Positions 9,601-19,800 of a stretch of DNA of 64,000 nucleotides are shown in pieces; the stretch's first letter is position 1; every line of letters starts with the position of its first letter. The stretch spans positions 28,747 to 92,746 of IMG/VR virus record IMGVR_UViG_3300010151_000008; one strand, given 5' to 3'. The notes under the pieces were generated by a model. It made no database searches and was not told the DNA's origin. It saw nothing but the letters and a program-made list of their open reading frames with translations. A program made the position numbers and the translations under genes. This DNA is from a virus.

Positions 9601-12600
9601 AGCCATAGAGGAATGGGAATTCAATCATGGTAACTCTAATATGATAGGACAATCGAGGCACTTTGAAGAGTGGCTGAAGGGAAACCGGCAAGGTGACCTT
9701 TGGTGGGAGGAAGGCCAGCAGGACTGGTGGTCTCCCGAGGGCTATTCGTGGTATCAGTGGTTTAAGCTTTGGGCCGAGCAAAGAATTGAGCGCGATGAGG
9801 AACAAGGGCCTGATTGGTGGATGCGGTCGACCTTAGCCCTCCCGGCTGATACGCGTGGCGCGCTCCCCGGGTTTGGCAATAAACAGCTATTAGGTCCGGG
9901 GTATGGGCCCGAAGATCCGCAGCCGGAGGTGGATGGCTACCAGCAAGGCTGGTGGGATATGTACCGTGCCCCAGAGCGCTGGGCCACAGCGACGCAAGCA
10001 GAAATACGCGCAGACGAGAGAGTGTGGAAAATATATCAAACGCTGTTCTCGCCATGGCTCCGTGCCAATCCAGACGACTCCATTTTGGCCGGCGAATGGG
10101 ACTACGGCGAGGTCTGGTGGATCGCAAATATTCCATTTGAGTATGTCCCCCGACCTCCCGGCCCGGGTGGCGGTGGCCCTCAGCCAATTGCTCACATCGG
10201 GCGGTCTACGATGTTCGGTGCACCCGAAGGGATAGGTGGCCGCTCTGCCGGCTTCTCTGCTGGAACTGGAATAAAATTCCTGTTCCGGAAAGAATATGCG
10301 ATTCAAAAGTATGAGAGCATTCATTTCCCGAGTTTTCAAGAAGTAACAGAAGATAACCAGAATATATTTGTTGCCAGCGCCCCTGTGGCCTTTCGTGGAG
10401 AGATTCCTTTTATAGAGGGGCGTCAGGGACTGCAGACGACTACTGCAACAGAATTGTATGCCGTGAACCAATCCGCGCACGGATCGGTAATTTCTCCAGA
10501 TAGAATCGCAGAACGCGACGCCAATCCAGCGCGCGGCCTTTTTGCTGACATAATCCACTCAGCATTCGCGAAAAATCTGCTAGAACACGGGAATAGTGAC
10601 CTAGCCGCGGCCGCGAGGGTCACAGCCGCCGGCGGCGAATACACCTCCGGCATCTTGGCCGAATTCTATAACAACCTAGAACACCAATATTATTATGCAG
10701 CCATGGCCGGAACTATGAAGCAAATGAGTGCTTACATAGTGAAAAATGGTGCATTTACACTTGATAGAGTACTTAAGATCCTGGTGGTTCCGGAGAGTGC
10801 TAACGATGCTACAGAACAGTTGGGAGATCTACTAGATTTCAAAAAGCTTGTTCGTGAAGTGCAGGATGAATATGTAGATGCTATTTGCTACGACGGTCTT
10901 AGTCAAGACGAGGTTTTGATTAATTCGCTTGTGTACGGAGCTATAGAACTATTTTTACAAGTGCATCTGGTTGAGTTTTATTTACAAAATGTGTTTGTTT
11001 TGTCGGCATTTGATTTAGACGGGCTGTACGAACTAGAATTGGTGATGGCATATATTTCTTCCTCCATACAAAATACGATTGCTACTTTTTTGCAGGGGAT
11101 AAGTGCCTCAGGGGCCCAGTATAATTTGTTTGAAACGAATTTTCAAGATGCGGTAGTGGAGCATGTTAGCAGAAAAATTATACGCGACGGCGGCGCTCCT
11201 ATCGATGGTGAGATTCTGTCATCTTTGGGAATGTCAGAAGGCGATTTGGGAACCTACGAAGCTAGCATTAGATATCTTCTGGCTAAAAGGATGAAGGAAT
11301 CCGCCCCAGCTGTATCTAAAATTATCTCCCAATGTTCACTTGGGTCTGTCGACGAAGTCTTCTTGAAGGCGGGAATTGGCATTTCTAAACCATTTTTGAA
11401 AGGCCTAGGAGCCGATTGGGGACTTAGTTCTACTAGTCGATATCTAGTAGCATCGCCAGGTGATCGGGATCTTGGGTTTACCGAGGAAGATGCTCAAATT
11501 ATTGCCTATGGTGGATTTAGATTTGAGAAAATAATTAGATTCACACCGCATACATCCGGATATTACGGAGGCTCTGAGGAAAATCCAGATGTACACCTAA
11601 GGGTGGACAAGGAGCTGGGAACCATTGCAGGGGGCAATTGGGTAGCTAACGACACCTTTAAGATCGGCTCGGCCTATCACACCGATTCACCAATAACACA
11701 AAACTTTGTTTCATTGGACAAGCTAATTAGAGTTTTAGACGACCCCGCGGTTACGGATAACATGACCATTCTGGGTAATCCAACGTTATATTATCGATTG
11801 GTATATTATGTTCCGATGCAAACTCGATCCGAGTATTCCGCCAACTCCTCCGGCGAAATAATTTTCGCGGACTCGGCAACTAAAAACCAAGAAATAATGG
11901 ACACGATCGAGGCGTACTTCCTCGATGCTCGTGACGGAGATGACGCCATAGTGAGAGACACGCTCGATACCCTTATCAACGACCAAGCTTCATTTGTTCC
12001 GTTCTTGGTGGGCCCCGGCGGAGGGGACGCATCGATGTCGCACGCCGTCGCCGCGCCCGCATCGAGACAGAACATGACGATAGGAATTCCCATTTTAGAA
12101 GTTGAGTCGGGGGTAAATCTACCCAACAGTATGCGTCTTGATACTGATTCGAGCGCTCCCAAGCGGTACTGGGGCGCCCCCACAACGGGTGGATTATCGT
12201 TGATAAGGTCTTTGGCAGAAAAGGATTTCTTAGATGGAGATGTCGAGATCATCATGAATGACGAGGTTGTGAAAGCACTGTTTAATAAGAGTCTGAGCAA
12301 AGATGTTATTCTGTCTACCCTCTTGTTTAATAATTTTTATCTAACAAAATCACACTTTAGGGGAATCGATACGATCTTTAAGTCCTGCAAGGAATCGGTG
12401 GCCGCACTAATGATGCAAATACAGCAAGGCCGCGGCCTCCAGCCAGACGCTGGTGCAGCCGGCATCGCTCAAATACAGAATGCTTTAGCTAATCAAGGTC
12501 AGGGGGGAGGTAGTGACGATCCCAACGTGGCGGCCTATATCATAAAAGCTATAATCCAAACTCCTTTTGATATCCTTAAGGGCTTAGCCGAGATAATGGA

Positions 12601-13090
12601 TCCACATGTTGTTATAACCAAAATGATAAAAGATATAAGTGGTATGGTGATAACACAGTTTATTGAGGTTTTAGAGTCAGCATTTGGCGCCGTCCCGGGC
12701 CTAGCACAGCTTGACATTGATGTGGAGAAACTAGTAGAAGTTCTTTTCTGTACCATGAATGAAGAAATAAAGAAGAACGGGCCCATGTCAAACGCCGCGG
12801 CAGAAATATCAGAGATGTTGTGTCAAGACATCAATCCGTGGCCCACCTTTACGACAAAAGGAATCCAGTTTACTGGGACCATTCCCGGCATGTTTATGGC
12901 CCCTCCGGGCCCTCTGGGAATTTTCTATCTTATATATGGATTACTTAAAAACGAGATTGACAGAGGTATTGACGATGCCTTCGCCGCCCCAGCCGGCGAA
13001 ACAGACGAATTCTGTATTGATGTAGAAGCTGTTGTCGAAGGCGAAGAAGATACTGGCTGCGTACCGTTCACTGCGCAGCGCGACGACTAA
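6656..13090 (+). CDS. Large hypothetical virion protein (2144 aa)
   Basis: Long ORF between spike and gp25; mostly helical, with Cys residues and an acidic/Trp-rich insert. Confidence 0.75.
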   Translation: MARTPKIISKWTSKETGVAYTQFNKSKVAVQTQYTTADEIEQNTEAILELGALALMRYYFPGSWYQVAAGVQGDTYGSLLFSNLLDKLTVSATDFNSRPKMGLRVLVACSIDLTDEEETAEIIPPESGPPADLELALDYYLSTGSTDIKKVSSTGRSMTFSADTLNENLKLIGAAFTKYHKQHRFFNGQIKPSINFLKEFDLISSSIHAILRLAAQNYIDTGIHSGTTFKVDFNGDYSIVNIKAITPEGRYLSLPVGLLPSLGAAALSSRQTNVYLASFKDILIKLRTRGPTQDSYANFINFIKQVSSLGPTKYKINYSGPSRTADAGATAAATATQGTAAATGTATGVDPDGPPNAELGLTPEEKEKQEKVITPKEAAEILEQQMKKVDKAAQEVSKEVGKKLRELQGTEGFQIFTMIINRIGIDSLVKEGLLCMLFGVDFSIPDLYSDIRDMLSAGDGLFSKPKTGALVGFDIPKVDMKWEIFKITGNIQPMIKKALLDAVFGAVRGILEAVTELIREQCEARDTGNFGDIDLASLLQDKPAGGTGLLGDGSGPNGCFSEFGLPPTSGNNFLSQVSQILTPIEACQLLTGSASAAVMSAVQNFIQNYSSATIQNALGSPSEIAAFFLCIGDQLDVNDLCREAAERDIIPNAEEICITGGDILDAVGQHNVNTLLDMLKDGIAVEMPEINLQCPDSENYIPNPFVDRSIPQLMSALIESIAASFYFAADGTKAVLLRSQLGQNATANALLEACLSESGSMPASEARGGAGATPGDIIAMISEGIQEVVSTDLNAASDACGITLGEIFRGTDDLAEVLATFQDVIENFDFSALGDMSAQLGSNASDLAAAQLRLDFPEGYKEDFLEFIPTAIKTELYNGNYLYNFNTAYQSPAFHVEAEGPPFTYTLDDGDDDGDGTPNYDDRDEGGTGEPHENYDMHALQNAADAAQHAAMARTRYTTTFALPAEGYQANANAAQMQEELEAIEEWEFNHGNSNMIGQSRHFEEWLKGNRQGDLWWEEGQQDWWSPEGYSWYQWFKLWAEQRIERDEEQGPDWWMRSTLALPADTRGALPGFGNKQLLGPGYGPEDPQPEVDGYQQGWWDMYRAPERWATATQAEIRADERVWKIYQTLFSPWLRANPDDSILAGEWDYGEVWWIANIPFEYVPRPPGPGGGGPQPIAHIGRSTMFGAPEGIGGRSAGFSAGTGIKFLFRKEYAIQKYESIHFPSFQEVTEDNQNIFVASAPVAFRGEIPFIEGRQGLQTTTATELYAVNQSAHGSVISPDRIAERDANPARGLFADIIHSAFAKNLLEHGNSDLAAAARVTAAGGEYTSGILAEFYNNLEHQYYYAAMAGTMKQMSAYIVKNGAFTLDRVLKILVVPESANDATEQLGDLLDFKKLVREVQDEYVDAICYDGLSQDEVLINSLVYGAIELFLQVHLVEFYLQNVFVLSAFDLDGLYELELVMAYISSSIQNTIATFLQGISASGAQYNLFETNFQDAVVEHVSRKIIRDGGAPIDGEILSSLGMSEGDLGTYEASIRYLLAKRMKESAPAVSKIISQCSLGSVDEVFLKAGIGISKPFLKGLGADWGLSSTSRYLVASPGDRDLGFTEEDAQIIAYGGFRFEKIIRFTPHTSGYYGGSEENPDVHLRVDKELGTIAGGNWVANDTFKIGSAYHTDSPITQNFVSLDKLIRVLDDPAVTDNMTILGNPTLYYRLVYYVPMQTRSEYSANSSGEIIFADSATKNQEIMDTIEAYFLDARDGDDAIVRDTLDTLINDQASFVPFLVGPGGGDASMSHAVAAPASRQNMTIGIPILEVESGVNLPNSMRLDTDSSAPKRYWGAPTTGGLSLIRSLAEKDFLDGDVEIIMNDEVVKALFNKSLSKDVILSTLLFNNFYLTKSHFRGIDTIFKSCKESVAALMMQIQQGRGLQPDAGAAGIAQIQNALANQGQGGGSDDPNVAAYIIKAIIQTPFDILKGLAEIMDPHVVITKMIKDISGMVITQFIEVLESAFGAVPGLAQLDIDVEKLVEVLFCTMNEEIKKNGPMSNAAAEISEMLCQDINPWPTFTTKGIQFTGTIPGMFMAPPGPLGIFYLIYGLLKNEIDRGIDDAFAAPAGETDEFCIDVEAVVEGEEDTGCVPFTAQRDD

Positions 13091-13119
13091 GATTCTGATG
13101 CCTAATGTTGTTTAAGTCT

Positions 13120-13126
13120 CTAATTA
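13120..13126 (+). promoter_or_regulatory. Putative late promoter motif CTAATTA
   Basis: Intergenic, upstream of gp25; another copy at 13534-13540 before gp6. Confidence 0.55.
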
Positions 13127-13141
13127 TTAAGAGGGTATATA

Positions 13142-13537
13142 ATGGCTAATGGTTTATCGGTGGCTCTTCCGCTTCAACAGAGTCCTATTTTTGGTACGTA
13201 CAGACTAAACACCACGTTTGCAGAGATCGCGCGACAAAACCTGAAGATGCTTTTGTTAACCAATCCGGGCGAGAGAATGATGGATCCGGAGTTTGGTGTT
13301 GGAATGCAGAGATACTTATTTGAAGCGAATACGAAGTTTGTATACTCAGAGATACAAAGTAGAATTGAGCAGCAAGTTAAAAAGTATCTTCCATACATAG
13401 GAATAGATAAAATTGAGTTTTTAACATCCGCTTTGGAGTCAGCCGTTGATCCTCACTATTTGGGAGTCAATGTTTCTTTTATAATACTGCCACTTAACAT
13501 GAGTTCTCTGTTGCAGATTAATGCAAACGGAAACTAA
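13142..13537 (+). CDS. Baseplate wedge subunit, gp25-like
   Basis: QNLKMLLLTNPGERMMDPEFGVG...LFE is the GPW/gp25 signature. Confidence 0.92.
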   Translation: MANGLSVALPLQQSPIFGTYRLNTTFAEIARQNLKMLLLTNPGERMMDPEFGVGMQRYLFEANTKFVYSEIQSRIEQQVKKYLPYIGIDKIEFLTSALESAVDPHYLGVNVSFIILPLNMSSLLQINANGN

Positions 13538-13566
13538 TTATTGAAATTAATTAGGAATTTTAATAG

Positions 13567-15357
13567 ATGCCAAAAAAACTGCAACCGATTAACTACACAA
13601 GTAGAGACTTTGATAGTATCAGGCGTGACTTAGAAAATTACGCTAAGCGCTATTATCCCGATTCGTATCGAGACTTTAATGAAGCCAGTTTTGGCTCTTT
13701 GATGTTGGACACCGTTTCCTATATAGGGGATATTCTTTCCTTTTATATAGATTATCAGACCAATGAAAGCTTTTTAGACAGCGCTATAGAATATAGTAAC
13801 ATAGTACGTCTTGCGAGGCAACTCGGGTTTAAGTTAAACTCCAGCCCCTCGTCTTATGGGGTTCTGACTTTTTATATCAGCGTTCCGGCTTCCACCTCGG
13901 AAGACGGACCAGATTTGGCGTACGCACCCACTCTACAAGCCGGCTCTCAGTTTGGTTCGAGCGGCGGTGGCCTTTTCACCCTTCTTGAAGATATTACTTT
14001 TTCCAACCCCGCTAATCAGATGGTGGCCGGCGTGATAGTTAATGAAGCGCCCGCATCTTATGTTATACGTGCCCAGGGGCGCGCGGTTTCTGGACGGCTA
14101 GCACGAGAAACCAAAATTGTTGGAACCTATGAGCGTTTTAGAAAAGTATTTCTTTCATCTGACCAGGTCGCAGAGATTATATCAGTAACTGATTCCGAGG
14201 GTCATGAGTACGTAGAGGTTAATAATCTCTCTCAGAACGTAGTTTATAAGGCAATTCGGAATACTCAAGCGTTTAGTGATACGGTACCCTCCATACTGAA
14301 AGCGGTGCCGGTCGCCCGCCGATTTACAGTTGAGAGGAGCAAGCGCGCCACTTACTTGCAGTTTGGGTACGGATCTGACTCAGAGCTGCTTGCGGAATCG
14401 ATAGCTGATCCATCTAATGTGGTTTTAAAGCTTCATGGAAAAGATTATATTACTGAAGATGATTTTGATCCAACGAGATTAATAGAAAGTGATAAATTTG
14501 GAATTGCTCCGGCTGATACCACATTAACGATCTCCTACAGAGTTAATACAACTCGCGATGTTAATGCGGCGGTGGACACTGTTGTACAGGTCTTATCCCC
14601 GCAGATAAAATTTTCAAACCAGGGCGCCTTGAATTCCACTACCAGACGAGAGGTGGCTGCGAGCCTTGAGGTAACCAACGAAAACCTAATTACAGGGGAT
14701 ATATCTTTGCCATCCTCTGATGAAATCCGCCAACGGGTAATTTCTCATTATTCGGCACAAAACCGCGCGGTAACAGCACAGGATTATCAGGCTGTCATTT
14801 ATGGCATGCCCGTCTATTTCGGATCTGTAAAACGGTGTTCTGTGGCGAGGGACTTTACGGAGTTTAAAAGAAACGTCAACATGTATGTTATTTCTGAAGA
14901 TACAACGACCGGTCGACTTACCACTACCAACTCCATTATCAAAACCAACCTTAGTACGTGGTTGGCCCAATACAAAATGATAAATGATACACTTGATATA
15001 TTAGATGCCATCATAGTCAACTTTGGCGTGGAGTATCGGCTAATATCAGACTATGACTCAAATAAATATACAGTGCTAAAAAATGCCAATTCTGCCCTAA
15101 CTGCACACTTTTCCAGAACTCGTGATATCGGTGAGCCGGTATATATTACAGATATTTATAAGGTATTGAATGGCGTTAAAGGAGTAGTAGACGTGTTGGA
15201 TGTTCAGATAGTTAGCAAAACGGGCGGCATTTATTCATCGACTGGATACGATTTCGAAGCAAAACTATCTAACGACGGTCGTTATATAGTTGGAGATCCG
15301 TCGGTTATATTTGAGTTGAAATACCCCAATGTAGATATTCAGGGATCAATCACATAA
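13567..15357 (+). CDS. Baseplate wedge subunit, gp6-like (baseplate J-like)
   Basis: YTSRDFDSIR, DFNEAS, NESFLDSA, LQFG, QNRAVTAQDY; follows gp25. Confidence 0.9.
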   Translation: MPKKLQPINYTSRDFDSIRRDLENYAKRYYPDSYRDFNEASFGSLMLDTVSYIGDILSFYIDYQTNESFLDSAIEYSNIVRLARQLGFKLNSSPSSYGVLTFYISVPASTSEDGPDLAYAPTLQAGSQFGSSGGGLFTLLEDITFSNPANQMVAGVIVNEAPASYVIRAQGRAVSGRLARETKIVGTYERFRKVFLSSDQVAEIISVTDSEGHEYVEVNNLSQNVVYKAIRNTQAFSDTVPSILKAVPVARRFTVERSKRATYLQFGYGSDSELLAESIADPSNVVLKLHGKDYITEDDFDPTRLIESDKFGIAPADTTLTISYRVNTTRDVNAAVDTVVQVLSPQIKFSNQGALNSTTRREVAASLEVTNENLITGDISLPSSDEIRQRVISHYSAQNRAVTAQDYQAVIYGMPVYFGSVKRCSVARDFTEFKRNVNMYVISEDTTTGRLTTTNSIIKTNLSTWLAQYKMINDTLDILDAIIVNFGVEYRLISDYDSNKYTVLKNANSALTAHFSRTRDIGEPVYITDIYKVLNGVKGVVDVLDVQIVSKTGGIYSSTGYDFEAKLSNDGRYIVGDPSVIFELKYPNVDIQGSIT

Positions 15358-16811
15358 TGGCCATTAAAAGATATACAGCGGATGCCGACACCACCATAAC
15401 AAATGCCTTTGAGGCCAATTTGGTTTTAAGGGGGACCGGATCTAATATGGGAGCGGCCGATAGTTTGGCGGTGTTTTCTATTTATGGCCAGACGTCCTCA
15501 AGCGCCGGACAAAGTTCCGAAGAATCAAGAATTTTAATACAATTTCCTGTACAAGATATTATAGCCGATAGGGCTGCTAATATTCTCCCGGATCCCGGCT
15601 CTGTTAGCTTCTATCTTAAAATGTTTAATGCGAAACACCCATTCACTTTGGCAAGAGACTTCACACTTACGGTATCACCCATTTCTCAATCTTGGCAAGA
15701 GGGCAGCGGTCTAGACATGGATGAATATAAAGACCTTACATACAATGGTATTGGCTCTAATTGGATTCGTCATGGTTCTACAGGCCCATGGACTGCTGCC
15801 GGCGGTGATTATTTGTCTACCCCTTCATATGATGTGGATTTCCCCAACGGCTGGGAAGATTTAACACTTGATATCTCGACTGTTGTAGAAGACTGGATAG
15901 CTGGGACCTATACTAGCGGAAATTGTGGTGTAGGGGTGCAGCTGTCGTCTTCGCTTGCGGGAGCTTCTCAGTCTTATTATCTCAAGAAGTTCTTCGCCAG
16001 GTCTTCGGAATTTTTTTATAAGCGTCCAGTAATAGAGGCTCGATGGGACTCGCGAGTACAGGATGATCGATGCGCCTTTTACTATAGTAGTTCTCTGGCG
16101 CCAGCTGCGGATAACTTAAACACTTTGTATTTTTACAATTATATTCGCGGCCGCCTTGTGGACTACGGCGGGAACCTGGGAGTTAGCTTTTATTCTAGCT
16201 CGGCTGGTGCCCCCGCGGGTTCTGCTCTCCTTACTGCGTTTCCTGGCGCCACAACGGTTAATGCGGCGCATATTTCTACCGGCATATACGGAGTTACGAT
16301 GGCCCTAACAGCGGCCGCCACACCCCTTGCTGCCATTAATGACGTTTGGAGAGACGTTGATAGCGGCGAGGAGTTGATTACAGGATCCTTTTCTCCAGAA
16401 ATATTTCCCGTATATCAGAGTGCGCCAACCTTTAATTATGTAACAGCGCTAACCAATCTAAAGGCGAACTACTCCAGAGAAGAGACTGCCCGCTTCAGAT
16501 TCTTCATACGACAGAGGAATTGGGATCCCAACATGTATGTTGTTGCGACGAACACAATTCCAAATGAATGTATAGCTAGCGCATCTTATAAAATAATGAG
16601 ATTAACAGACGAGCTGGATGTGGTATCATATGGAACAGGAAGTGACTTGAGCACTTATATGTCTTATGATGTAGACGGAAATTATTTTGATTTAGACATG
16701 TCGCTGCTAGAAGCGGATTATATGTATGGGATTAAACTTGCTTACTATAATGATAGCATTGGCTCGTGGGTCGAGCAACCGGAAATATTTAAATTCAGAA
16801 TAGAAGAGTAA
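15357..16811 (+). CDS. Baseplate-associated protein with DNRLRE-like domain
   Basis: DTTITN...SRILIQF...WQEG...W..AGGDY...LDIS..VEDW...RP pattern. Confidence 0.55.
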   Translation: MAIKRYTADADTTITNAFEANLVLRGTGSNMGAADSLAVFSIYGQTSSSAGQSSEESRILIQFPVQDIIADRAANILPDPGSVSFYLKMFNAKHPFTLARDFTLTVSPISQSWQEGSGLDMDEYKDLTYNGIGSNWIRHGSTGPWTAAGGDYLSTPSYDVDFPNGWEDLTLDISTVVEDWIAGTYTSGNCGVGVQLSSSLAGASQSYYLKKFFARSSEFFYKRPVIEARWDSRVQDDRCAFYYSSSLAPAADNLNTLYFYNYIRGRLVDYGGNLGVSFYSSSAGAPAGSALLTAFPGATTVNAAHISTGIYGVTMALTAAATPLAAINDVWRDVDSGEELITGSFSPEIFPVYQSAPTFNYVTALTNLKANYSREETARFRFFIRQRNWDPNMYVVATNTIPNECIASASYKIMRLTDELDVVSYGTGSDLSTYMSYDVDGNYFDLDMSLLEADYMYGIKLAYYNDSIGSWVEQPEIFKFRIEE

Positions 16812-16818
16812 AACAACT

Positions 16819-19800
16819 ATGAGCTTAAAGGATACATACAGACGCCAGTTAGAAAATCTTCAAAATATTTCTAACAAGAGCGAAGAGCAAATAGCTGCGG
16901 AAGTAGAGTCTGTAGGGTATCACGAACAGGACATAATCAAAGAAGAGAGGTTTATTCCTCGCACCGATTATTCGAGACCAAGCGCGTTTGCTCGCTACGG
17001 ATCAGCTACCGAGTATTATCAACAGTCTATAAAAAGAGTTTACAGTACATACCCCTACGACGGCTCACTCAAAGAGAGGTTAGAGTGGGAAAATGATTCC
17101 AATTACTTAGATCTATATCTTTTTGAGCAGCGCTATCCTCGCACGAACGGGTACGTAATTTTATCAGCCGACGGTTGGGGCACCCAGACTGCCACGACAG
17201 GCGGCTACGGGATGCCCTCCTCTCAAGAGTACATATCATTTATTGGCGGGCCCAATGTAAATCCGGGAGGAATGAGCCCCATAGCGCTTCAGTTTACTGG
17301 ATCAAACTATTGGGACCCAGATAAAAATAGAGTTTCGAACCTGCAGTTCGATCTGGAAAACAATGGAGCTACGGTTGAGTTTTGGCTCAAAAAAGACAGC
17401 TTTGACGCAAGCTTAACAGAGAAGGAGGTTGTTTTTGACCTCTGGAATAATGAGCTATCTTCTAGCGATTCATACGGCCGTTTTAGATTAGAGTTGTCCT
17501 CTTCCACAACACCTGGAGGCGAGGGGCCGCTCTTACTCACAGTGATGTCTGGTGCAACCGGGTTCCAGTGGGAACCTGTTGTCGTTGGCTCCGCTTTCAC
17601 GACTGCCTCTATAGCAGATGGCAATTGGCACCACTATGCGGTAACTGTAAAATCTGCTAGCGCAGGGGTGCTAACAAAATTCTATGTCGACGGCGCCCTA
17701 CACGCGGAAAATACGCTTGGTGTCGCCGGTATAAATAATATTGGGGGTGCCCTCAAGGGACATATCGGTGCACTAATTATTGGCCCCTCGGGGACCGTGG
17801 GCCCCGGTACGCCCGAAGAATCGGCCTTCGCTTGGACCGGCGCCGGGAAACTCTCCGCATCCATGGATGAGTTCAGGTACTGGAAAACTCAGAGAAGTTC
17901 TAAGGACATAGGAAGATATTGGATATCGCAGGTTGGGGGTGGTACCAACACAGATCCAGCCCCCGATTCGCACGAAACTAACCTAGTGAACACAGATCTT
18001 GGAGTTTACTTTAAGTTCAATGAAGGAATCACCGGGGTCGAATCCGCGGATAGTACCGTCTTGGACTACGCAGGCCGAGTTTCCAATGGCGCTTGGACGG
18101 GCTACGGTGAAAATTCCAGGAATACGGATTCTGCTATAGTAATTTCTAAAGCGGCTGTAAAAGAATTTAAAGATCCTATTATATACTCCTTCCATCCTGA
18201 AGTTGTATCGCTGAAGACACAGCTAGAAGCTACTGGATCCTATCATGATGTTCGCAACAATACGTCCATCTACAATTCTATTCCCGGATGGGTTCAAGAG
18301 GAAGATGACGAGAGTGCTGGAGAACTTAGGAAGTTAACTCAAATATTGGCTAGCTACTTTGATACGTTACAACTTCAGATTGATTCTGTCAATTCACTCA
18401 AAGATGTGGTTTATTACGGAGATAGTCAGAAACCTCTTCCGTTCGCCAACAAATTATTAGAATCTATGGGTCTTATGACTCCTGAAATGTTCCTAGATGC
18501 AGATGTGCTAGAGAAGCTGGCAGATCGCAGCGAGAAGCATCTGTATGAAAAGTCACTTAATGATATTAAGAATACAATCTATCAGAACATTTATAATAAT
18601 CTAACTTATATTTATAAATCCAAAGGAACTGAAAAAGCTTTTCGTAATTTAATTCGCTGCTACGGAATTGACGACGAGCTAATCAAATTAAGCCTATATG
18701 CTAACAACATAGAGTATGAACTTCTAGATAACTCACGAAATGTTGTTACTTCGAAGAGATTCGTCAACTTTAATACAAAAGATAATCTAGGCGCCACCAT
18801 CTACCAGAGTTCGGCTTCTAGTGATGCCAATTCCGTAGCGTTTATAGCCGGTTCTACTAATCTGACTGGTGGTTTTGCTTTTACCACGGAAGTTGATGTG
18901 TTGTTCCCCCGAAAAGCGCCCCCAGGTCAAGAAAACTACATCGATACCAATTTCATAACAGCCTCTGTCTTCGGAATTCACGGTGACGCTTCCGGCAGTG
19001 AAGACACCACATGGGCAACTCCAGATGCGGTAAATTTCCAGGTTTTTGCAGTCCGAGATGAATTAAGATCTCCAAATGTTCGATTTGTGCTGACGGGAAC
19101 AGCCGGGGGCTTCATGCCGCCCACCCTGGTTAGTGATTTATACGAGGATACCTACAACAATACTAAGTGGAACTTGGCTGTACGTATTAAGCCTGAAAAA
19201 TATCCTTACGAAAACTGGATTACTAGTTCGGTGAACGGCGATTATATCGTCGAATTACGAGGTACCAACACTCAAGATGGGGTTGTACTCAATACGTTTA
19301 CGCTCAGCTCTTCGATTTCATCGCCACCGCCGGCGTTCGTTAGCGGCTCCCGGCGCCTCTTCGTCGGCGCCCATCGACAAGACTTTACCGGCTCACTCCT
19401 ACAGCGTTCTGATGTTAAGGTGGGCACCGCGCGCAGCTGGTTAACATATCTAGATAATAAAACTCTTCTAGAACACGCCCAAGACATTCACAACTACGGA
19501 ACACCGAATCCGCAGTGGTACGCGTTTCCATTTCACCCCAGCGCCTCATTCGGAGAAATCCCACAACTTGATACGTTAGTATTAAATTGGAACTTTAATC
19601 AGAATACGGGCTCGAACGCATCTGGCCAGTTCGGGGTAGCCGACTTCTCGTCCGGCTCTACTCAGTTAGCCACATCCCAGTACGATTGGCTCGGCCCTAT
19701 TCTTCTTAATCAACACCCAGGTCGAGGAGACTTCTTTCCGGCGAACTCTATCAAGGCAATAGATAAAGATTATATTACCAACACGAAGCAAAACTTACCC

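Noticed and set aside
1342-15357. Bacterial T6SS or eCIS locus rather than phage
   Set aside because: Terminase, portal, protease, MCP, neck and primase genes in the same run show this is a phage genome
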